From Octopus bimaculoides (lineage: Eukaryota), in assembly GCF_001194135.2 (NCBI RefSeq), contig NC_068990.1, positions 78,864,005 through 78,909,503 on the forward strand: a stretch of DNA of 45,499 nucleotides, read 5' to 3'. This document shows positions 35,930-45,499 of the stretch, piece by piece. The position numbers were made by a program, and so were the translations under genes. Below the pieces are notes generated by a model that was not told the origin of the DNA, did not search any database, and saw only the letters and a list, made by a program, of their open reading frames with translations. Within the stretch, counting starts at the first letter, position 1. Each line of letters begins with the position of its first letter.

Positions 35930-36300
35930 AAAGGTCAATACAGAATAAGGGACAAGTGTGGCTTACCATAAAAACATGTGTATACAATAAAAACAACAAA
36001 TAACAGAATTTTAACAATAAAATTTCCCAAAAGACGGGTGGAGTTCCACCCATGGCCAATCAAAGAACCTCACATATCCTGGTCACTCCAACCGCCAAGG
36101 GTACCCCAGGCAGGCATCTCTCGCCTCGTCGTCACCTCCGGCCTACAGGCATATGTTCAAAATAGGCACACTTGCACAGGCCATCCTCGCCATATTCATC
36201 TTTCGATAAAATTACTGAGGGGCAGCACTCACTCTCTCACTTTCCTCTCCATCCTCACTTTGCTTTTCAAGTCGGCGACAATTTCTATCAATTTCTATCA
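35930..36300 (-). mobile_element. L1/Tx1-like LINE 3' end (ORF2 C-terminus and 3' UTR)
   Basis: The minus strand gives IVADLKSKVRMERKVRE.VLPLSNFIER.., then a GC-rich and a T-rich UTR. Confidence 0.45.
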
Positions 36301-36310
36301 ATGATTTGTC

Positions 36311-37105
36311 CTAAATGCTTAATTTTAGGTAAGAAAAATTCGCATTTCTCCTCGCTCAGTTTGAAACCGTAATCCCTTATTTTTTTCAGAAACACATTGT
36401 ACATGCTCGACATGCTGGTCACAGGATTCACTTTTGATTAATATATTATCCAAGTAGGCCATCGCGAAGTCACACTCTGCAAGCATCGCATCTATCACTT
36501 GGAATATAGCCGAAGCAACTGTTATGGCAAACGGAAGCCGGTTAAATTCGTACAGACCTTTATGGATATTAATTGTTAGTAGCTTCGTACATTTTTCTTC
36601 TCCTTGTATTTGGAAGTAAGCATCAGAAAGATCTAATTTCGAGAACAATTTACCACCATTTAGTTCCGAGGTTAGATAATGAGTGGTTGTACTGCTTTAA
36701 ACATTCGTTTAGTCCCGTCGAGAAATTTGCACGTACACGAATTATAATGTTCTTTTTAACATCTCGCCCAATCCGGGATAATCGATCTTTCCAATCACTC
36801 CAATTTTTTCTGTCTTATTCCTTATTCTCTTGTTCCAGTGCTGAAAACGGTACATGTGGGTTTCACAACTGGTAATGAATTTTCTTTTACCTGAAATTTT
36901 GCTTTAAATTTATTGCACCAATCCAACTCCTCCGAAAAAACATTAGGGAACCTTTTCGCTTCTTTTTCAAGAATTTTCTGACTCTGTATTTGAACTGGCG
37001 TACGACCCCGTTACACTTTTACAAAAATAATTTATGGGTAAATCCCATAAATTGAATAGTTCCTTCCACTCAGTTCCAATATGGTTACTTGTATTTTTTA
37101 ATACA
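36311..37105 (-). mobile_element. Ty3/Gypsy LTR-retrotransposon pol fragment (RT)
   Basis: LFNLWDLPIN..FPNVFSEEL..HVPFSAL..GGKLFSKLDLSDAYFQI..TINIHKGLYEFNRLPFAI..ASAIFQ..AYLDNILI (YLDD degenerate). Confidence 0.92.
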
Positions 37106-37109
37106 TAAA

Positions 37110-37225
37110 CTTTCTATTTCTCTCCTTCCTCTTCCCTGTCATCTTGTGGCCTTTGCGATGCTCTCGATCTTAGATATTCTCACCTTACCGCTGCTTGCTC
37201 TTCTGTTTCATTTTGGCGTTTTTGT

Positions 37226-37286
<61 letters not shown>

Positions 37287-37540
37287 CTCTCTCTCTCTTT
37301 CGATATATCTTCTTTGTGCAATTAGGTTCTCCTTTTCATTTTGCCGTCTTCGAGCCCGTCTTCTTGCGTCTTGCGCTCGTCTCTCTTGTCTCACTTCTTG
37401 TGATTGATTTAACAACCTTGATGAATTGTTTAATCTTTTTGCGTCCAGTTCTGTTCTTCCTGAGTGAGACTGGCTGTTTTTCGCCTTTGTCTCTCACTGG
37501 TTAACCGTCGCCTTCTGTCTGATTCATTCTCCATAGCAGG
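37110..37540 (-). mobile_element. Helitron-like N-terminal charged repeats, split by a (CT)/(CTAT) microsatellite
   Basis: SQEVRQERRAQDARRRARRRQNE and RQNETEEQAAVR.EYLRSRASQR resemble the ETxEQ/RQNE repeats at Helitron N-termini. Confidence 0.45.
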
Positions 37541-37801
37541 TGGATGAGTATATTTAATACAACGGANNNNNNNNNNNNNNNNNNNNNNNNNNNNNNNNNN
37601 NNNNNNNNNNNNNNNNNNNNNNNNNNNNNNNNNNNNNNNNNNNNNNNNNNNNNNNNNNNNNNNNNNNNNNNNNNNNNNNNNNNNNNNNNNNNNNNNNNNN
37701 NNNNNNNNNNNNNNNNNNNNNNNNNNNNNNNNNNNNNNNNNNNNNNNNNNNNNNNNNNNNNNNNNNNNNNNNNNNNNNNNNNNNNNNNNNNNNNNNNNNN
37801 N

Positions 37802-37866
<65 letters not shown>

Positions 37867-38407
37867 CTCTTTACCGCCTGAAACGGAAAAAGATGTTAAA
37901 GACTAACTTCACCGCCTTAGCAAAGTTCTTCATTCATAAATATTTATAAGCATCACTGTAGCGGCAAGTATTTGTAAATATTTATAATTACTTTCCTTTT
38001 ATATTTAGCTTTCTTTAAGCAGACGATATTATCAAGCTTTCCTACGACAGACAATATTTTGATTTTATGACTTAAAAACTACTACTTATTTACTTATCTT
38101 ATATTCGAATGAAAACGCTGTTGTTGAGAGAGCGAGCGAGCGAGTGAGTGAAAAAGAAAGAGAATGAGAGAGAGAGAGTGTGTGTGTGTGTGTGTGTGTG
38201 TGCATCTGTAGATAGAGAGAGAAAGAGAGAGAGGCAGTGTTCATCAATAAAGCGAAAAGGTTTTTGCTGAGAGAGAGCGAGAGGCGCTGTTTGATACCGC
38301 TCCCTCTCTCATTGTTATTACCATTTTGTCTATTCTCTTTTTTTATACTCTTACTTACACTGATACTCCCTCATTGCGTGATTTTGGACAAACTTACAAA
38401 CAAACTC

Positions 38408-38435
38408 ATTATTATTATTATTATTATTATTAATA

Positions 38436-38488
<53 letters not shown>

Positions 38489-38489
38489 A

Positions 38490-38536
<47 letters not shown>

Positions 38537-38537
38537 A

Positions 38538-38602
<65 letters not shown>
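38408..38602 (-). repeat. (TAA)n array with periodic TGATAT interruptions
   Basis: Directly visible; the 3' flank of the R4-like element. Confidence 0.95.
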
Positions 38603-38604
<2 letters not shown>

Positions 38605-40340
38605 TATACACACAACAGATTAGACTGTTGAAAAAGAATAATTCTTAACATCAGGCTACAACAAGTAACCTTAGATGCCAAGAACCCTGCTAAATATTCT
38701 AGCTGCCCTTAATAACTGCGTTTTATGCCTATTCTTCTATCCATCTGTTCAAATCTTTAGGGATAGTTCCCAATGCACCTATAACTACTGGGATATATTT
38801 TACCCACACTTGCCAAAGTCTCTGTAATCTAATAGCTAGGTCCTGGTGCTTTGCTATTTTTATTGGGATGTAAAATCAATTCTTTTTATCTACTGTTACC
38901 AAATCAGGCCTTCTAGCTTCTATTACTCTGTCAGTCTAAATGTTAAAGTCCCGCAACATCTTGTACTTTTTTTTACTTTCTAGTACTTTACTAGGTTCAT
39001 GTTCACACCATATATCAGTATGTTAAAATCCTAGCTTTCTACATAAATCCCAGGGGATTACTCTCCCTAGAATGTCATGTCTTTTCTTGTATTCTTTCTG
39101 TGCTAGATTGCTATATTCACTTACTATACGAGTAACGCTTTCTTTTGTTTTGCATAAGCTACATTGAGAATCTACTTGGTTTTTGTCGATCTTGGCTTTT
39201 ATCCACTTAGTCCTTAGTGCTTGATCCTGTGCTACTACTAACAAACTCTCTGTCTCTCATCTCAGCTTTCCTTTCCATAACCATGTCTCACAACTACTAT
39301 TTGCCGCAGCTATCTTTGAAAATCTACAATGCAACGCTTTCTCCTGCCAGTCAGATAATTTCTGTTCTTTTTTCTGGTTTCTTTTTTCTGACATCGCAAC
39401 CTTCGTACTTAGTATTGCGGAATTGATTAAGAGCCATTCTCGACGCTACTACGTTGGTCTTTGTCGAGCCGGGACGGGCGTATGCTACACGAGTCCAAGC
39501 AGATGTGTACGGAATTTCAGCAACACTTCGCCGAACTGTTCGGGGCGCGTGGTGTGTCAGGGACGGATGTAGATTTCACCTCCTACCTCGGCGGCACACT
39601 GTGCCTTTCAGCCAGGGATGGGGAGTTCTGCGAAATGCCGATAACAACCGAAGACATACGAGATACCATGAAAGCCTGCACAAGAGAGAAGTTTCCGGGG
39701 TTGGATAGTCTTGTTCCAATTCTGTTAACCATCCATTCTTTCGTATTGCTCTTGCTTGCTCACATAATCTCTGTTCAGTAATTTCAAACAGATCCATGGC
39801 TCTGTGCATTCGTTTTCTGTACCCTCTGACTGGCACACCATTTACATCCAATGTTTACTTATTTACTCTACTTATGCCTTGTAGCATGGCTAGCAGTTGC
39901 TGGATTACAACCAGGTGCTGCAATGTGGGGCGCCTGCAAGGTGTGGAACCTTCACCATTGGTTCCAGTCTCTTTCACACCGTTATTTTCATTTATTTTGC
40001 TTGTCATTTTCACTCACAAATGAGGCGTGTTTTTAGGTTTCTAGCAACTGGTATTTTTATTGAGACACCATCTCTATCAAAGTAGTCCGCCAAAGCGGCA
40101 GGCGCCTTGCCCCTCTGGTTTTGAACTCAAAGTGTTACTTCTTGGCTGCTTGCCATCCAAGGCTAACGAATACAGCCTACCCGGAGCACTGGTTATTTGA
40201 AGGCGCCACATACTCGCCTTTTCCCACTTTTCTCCTGTTGGTTTGCTGAAGGAGTCGGGCTTGACTGTCAGAGGATAGGTCTTTCGCAGGCCATTCGTGC
40301 ATTCTATAAGTGATGGGCGCTCAACTCCCCTCACCACCTC
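38603..40340 (-). mobile_element. R4/Dong-like element with both ends; RT deleted and replaced by a foreign LINE piece
   Basis: 5' UTR directly after (TAA)n; N-terminal [30 protein letters not shown]; then WQEKALH..ETESLLVVAQDQALRTKWIKAKIDK..QCSLCKT..HD, the RLE remnant and IPVVIGALGTIPK..ARIFSRVLGI*; ends in (TAA)n. Confidence 0.85.
39445..39713 (+). mobile_element. L1/Tx1-clade ORF2 fragment nested in opposite orientation
   Basis: [45 protein letters not shown] corresponds to the segment ending in 'KSPGLDG' at the start of L1/Tx1 RT. Confidence 0.75.
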
Positions 40341-41272
<932 letters not shown>

Positions 41273-41532
41273 ATCATTATCATCATTATTATTATTATTT
41301 CGTAGTTTCAAACATTGGCCATAAAATTGATTGTGAATAAAACAGGATAGGGCTTTATAATAATGTTATGTATTATTAACCGTCAAATTATTTCCAAGTG
41401 CATGAATGACTTTACCAAATGATGAATAATATATAATATTGAATATATATATATGAATATATGAATATGTATACGAACATACATACACATATACACACAT
41501 ATACACACGCACACACACACACACAAGCACAT

Positions 41533-41567
<35 letters not shown>

Positions 41568-42349
41568 GCGAGCAAAAGTGTACGTAAACGGCTATATGTA
41601 TATATAAATCCCAAACAATGGAACAAGGACGCAACAGACAACAATAAAACATCCAGACAGATAGACAATACGAAGATGGACAGGAAAAACAACAAAAAGA
41701 CGGACAGGACAAAACAAGGTCGGGCCATTCGTGGCCTTCTCTCCTCAGTCAAGTTTCAAGATTATCCTTACAGTTTCGGCCGGTTACACTTGAGACTGTT
41801 CAAATCTGGCCCCAAATATCTAAGCTGAGAGCATTAAATATTTTGGGAGAAAGTAGGCGAATGTGTACGACAGTAAAGACAATAAAAGCAAAAAAAAAAG
41901 AAGAAAAAACGGAGAAAATGTTATTCAGTTACAACAAGAAAATAACAACAGGCGTCTTTCGAACGATAGAGACGAATGAAGTTGAGCTGGCATGTGTGGA
42001 GTGAAAGCCTTGAGGCAAGAACATAGATAAAGATCAGAGATAAAAGGAGACAAGAGTAAGAGATGCTTCTTGTCTGGCAGTCGAGCCAACAAAGATCGTG
42101 CTTGGCCGAACAACTGTCACGTAAAAAGGAAAGGAGAGGGGTAGGGGCAGAGGGATTGATGAATTGGGGGTGGGGTACGAAAAAGAGAGAAAAAAATCAA
42201 AGGGACCTAGAGAACGTACAAGGGAGATAAACGATGAAAAATAGGTAGATTAAAGAAATAGAGGGCCAAGAAATGTGAGAGAGGGGGAGGGAGAAAAAGA
42301 AAGGAGGTAAGAAGAAGAAAGTAGGAAGAAAGAAGAAAGGCATTGTGAG

Positions 42350-42525
42350 ACTAAATCCCTTGTATAGAACTCAATATACGTATGCAATATTAGTCATGTA
42401 AAAGAGACAGGTCCTCAGCAAATCATTGAAAGGAGGAGAGAGTTATAAGTATCTTAGAATATTAGAATCTAACAGATTACTAACTATAGAAATGAAAACG
42501 AAAATTGAGAAGGAGTCTATATGAA
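42350..42525 (+). mobile_element. R4-like RT C-terminal fragment
   Basis: AILVM..GESYKYLRILESN..EMKTKIEKE (YKYLG motif). Confidence 0.6.
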
Positions 42526-42616
42526 GCTTTTGTAGATTGGACAAAATCTTCATTAGCAAAGCCAGACAAAACTAGCCGACCAGCGAAGAGAGATAGGATA
42601 CGTCCAGTCCTGAAAG

Positions 42617-42675
42617 AAAAGAAAGATGATCACGTAAGGAAAAGAAAGATGATCACGTAAGGAAAAGAAAGATGG
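42617..42675 (+). repeat. 23-bp tandem repeat AAAAGAAAGATGATCACGTAAGG x~2.5
   Basis: Directly visible. Confidence 0.85.
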
Positions 42676-42807
42676 GCGACGGTCACGTGTAAGCAACGAG
42701 AGAGAGAAAAGGAGAAAGAGGGGGAGAGAGAGACAGATAGAAACGGTGACGGGGAGAAAAAGGGAATTAGAGAAAGGATGAGAGAGAAAACGATGGGGTA
42801 TAAAACA

Positions 42808-42856
<49 letters not shown>

Positions 42857-42860
<4 letters not shown>

Positions 42861-43363
42861 CCCTTACCTCTACCCCACCCTCAGCCTAACCCACACTCCA
42901 CCCATGCCTTCCCCACCTCCCAACACCCTCACATCACATCACACCAACACCCTCGCATCACACCACGCACACACTACAACTGAACAACTCCTTTCTCCCC
43001 TCCCCATTTTCACACTACATACGTCAAGATCATCAGCATTCTATCTCCCATACACACAGCCTCTCGTTCTTCGATCACCGTTCTTTCTCCCCCTTTGTTA
43101 TCTCCTCCTTTTCTTAGCTCTCCTGAAAAAAATTTCTAACTTCCGGTCAGCCATTACTATGATTAGCCATTACTATGATTGACCGTTGACTGAACACTAT
43201 TCAATTTTTTTTCTCCGTGTTTTTCTCCTTGTCTCCGTATTCTTTCTGTTGAAGAGCGTAGCTCGAAACGTCAAATACTTTTCGTATTCCCGAGCGTCAT
43301 ACTAATACATCCTTTTGTTATTTACACCACCTGTCCTCGTCTGTTGTTTTTTCGTACATTCTC

Positions 43364-43364
<1 letters not shown>
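42857..43364 (+). mobile_element. (TA)n-flanked dispersed repeat (Penelope-like terminal region) with a hammerhead-like motif at 43237-43278
   Basis: Bounded by (TA)n arrays; shares its terminal part with 30575-30720. Confidence 0.55.
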
Positions 43365-43425
<61 letters not shown>

Positions 43426-44299
43426 AAACTTGGAGGGAGAAATTACATTTGGAATGTTGTTATTAAATTATTCCACATAAAAGTTAGTACAAGATTTCAA
43501 GTTACCATGGAACAATTTTTTTTTAGCTTTTCTGATTTAAATGAGTTTATATATGTCAATCATATTTTACTCTATATGAACTACTTTAAAAATTACTTTA
43601 AAAATTAACAGTCCGATTCCCAAAGCGTAATCCCTCTGTATTTTAGATATATTAACGTATTTAAACATAGATATATTTTAGTTATATTAACATATTTAAA
43701 CTTGGATCAGATTAAAAGTAATTTTCTACATTTCCTGCTATTTGAATCTGTGCAATAACTGAAGATACTATTTAATGCGGAGCTTTAATAATGACAGTGT
43801 CCCATTATATCTTGTCTCTACATTTTGTGAGAAATATATCTGTGCCCCGGGATCATAACAGAGAATGGTAAAACACTTTTAGTAAATTTGATTTGATATC
43901 AATATCTACAAATTTAAAAGAGGAACTATGAAAGAATACGATTTTCTTCTATGGGATTTGAAACCACGTACTAACTTTTTAAAGATGTGAGTTTGAAATG
44001 AGAAAAGTTAATAACCAATACAAATTTCACGTCCATTATTCTCGGTCCAACATCTTTAGAGGACCGTCTTTGTAACGTACTGTGAAACCTGACAGAAAAA
44101 ACGCAGCTTAGAATATGAAGCAAACTGTAACAGTACCTTGGAAGAGGATGCAGTCCAACTTTCTTTCAGTTGAGGATCGTCTGTACTATCATTTTCTTTG
44201 TCTGCTCTCCAGCCCATCAATCCTCTGTAACTTTGGCAACATTACCAGGATAACATGATAAAAAACAAATTTCACCAAATGCAACACGACTCAAAAGCC

Positions 44300-44850
44300 A
44301 TACGTAGAGTTTACCCAGGTGACATACAAGTTAGTGATCGCCACAGAAAATACGACACAATCTATGGCTGGCAAAGATAGTCGACTGTGCGGACTGTCTG
44401 CTACAGACTGCAACTACAATTCTGACTAGAGATATTCTTTGGTGAATCTGCAATGATGTTCGTCAACTTAAACACTATGTCCACCAGAATAAATTACTTT
44501 CCGTTCTGGATAATGAAAAGAAGTCTTATACAAAGATGAAACCGATAATGACGTTGGATGGATGGGGAGGATCGTTTTCCCTTGTACTTGGGCTGAAACA
44601 GGCAAAACATTTCTGATTTAAATTTCACTAAAGCATATAAGAAGATTGCAAAAGCAAGGTTAATATTCTTTTGTAAATTCTTCCAGATCAGGGTCTGACC
44701 TGGAGACACGGAAAGGAAAGCAAACCCAGAGGGCTGATAGTATAGAAGGCCATAATTGGAACGCTGCTGTGGTTAACAATGCATCACCGTAGGTGTGGCA
44801 GAGATTGGCTGTAGCGAGTGTTGTTGATGTTGTTGTCAGCCATGACCACG
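44300..44850 (+). mobile_element. Decayed RTE/L2-like LINE 3' region
   Basis: Frameshifted LGLK..HISD, HI.R..RIAKARLI, GK..WN segments typical of LINE post-RT C-termini. Confidence 0.35.
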
Positions 44851-45499
44851 CCATCTATTTAGGCATTTAATCAACTCGCCCTTTCTTTTAACAAATCGAT
44901 AAGAGTGTGGTTTGCTATTTCTAGCGTGTCGAGCGACCACGTAGAGGTCTCATTGTTGGTGTATCTGACTAGAAATGGGGCAGAGCCGACATTATTTCGA
45001 GAGGCAGGGGTCATTTCTCTTTGTCTGAGCCTCAGAGGGTAGCAGCGTTTGATTTGTGTGATATTTGGAATGTGAGCTTTATGCTTTCCTGGGCTACGAT
45101 AGTTGTCACCCCTTAGATCATACTTAACCTAGCAGGGATGTCATGTGTGTCAGGACCCGCAACATTACTGTAGTGTCTTCTGTCGGATTTATCCATGGCT
45201 TTCGCTAATGAGACAACATACAGAGGAACGACATCGGAGAAAAGGATAGAAAAAGATCAGGACAATCTCCCGGTGTTTGTGCTTGTAGCGGTTTCCAGGA
45301 TTTGCGCGTACGTTGTCAGTAAAAGACCCTTTAGACTAAAATAGTATCTAACTATTAATGGGGCAGGAGCATCGTCGTAAAGGGTCGGGTTGCGCAAAAA
45401 AGAACAGAAAGAGAAAGAAAGAGAGAGAGAGAGAGAGGAAAGGGATACAGAAAGAGGAATAGTGATAGTGGTGGTGGGGAGGAGGAGGAGAACGAATTG

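Noticed and set aside
41715-41800. CTGAGGA..GGCC-ACGAAT-GGCC and GGCCGAAACTGTA on the minus strand
   Set aside because: The two half-motifs are in the wrong order and neither has a complete core.
45030-45200. Minus-strand 'AGPDTHDIPARL' resembling the start of a CR1/L2 RT
   Set aside because: A short, stop-interrupted similarity that is insufficient for a feature call.

Overview
AT-rich, gap-ridden eukaryotic draft-genome window with no recognisable intact host gene. The SINE families resemble, from memory, those of octopus/coleoid cephalopods; this is an inference, not a database result. The window is a mosaic of microsatellites, tRNA-derived SINEs and decayed transposable elements, which include: about 11 fragments of R4/Dong-like restriction-like-endonuclease (RLE) non-LTR retrotransposons, L1/Tx1 and RTE-like LINE pieces, a Ty3/Gypsy RT, a Penelope GIY-YIG remnant, mariner, Tc1 and DD41D transposases, hAT-like fossils, Helitron pieces and MITEs. 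Three signals stand out. (1) All eight visible R4/Dong 3' ends run into (TAA/TGA/CAA)n microsatellites on the same strand and form tandem chains; two copies keep both ends but lack the RT. (2) Two repeat families carry minimal type-I hammerhead-ribozyme-like motifs with unusual cores (U3:A8 covariation; A6U plus an extra A). (3) Several TE chimeras occur (Helitron-DD41D, R4-Tx1). Coordinates were read by eye and may be off by a few to tens of bases. ORFs spanning N-runs or microsatellites are artefacts.
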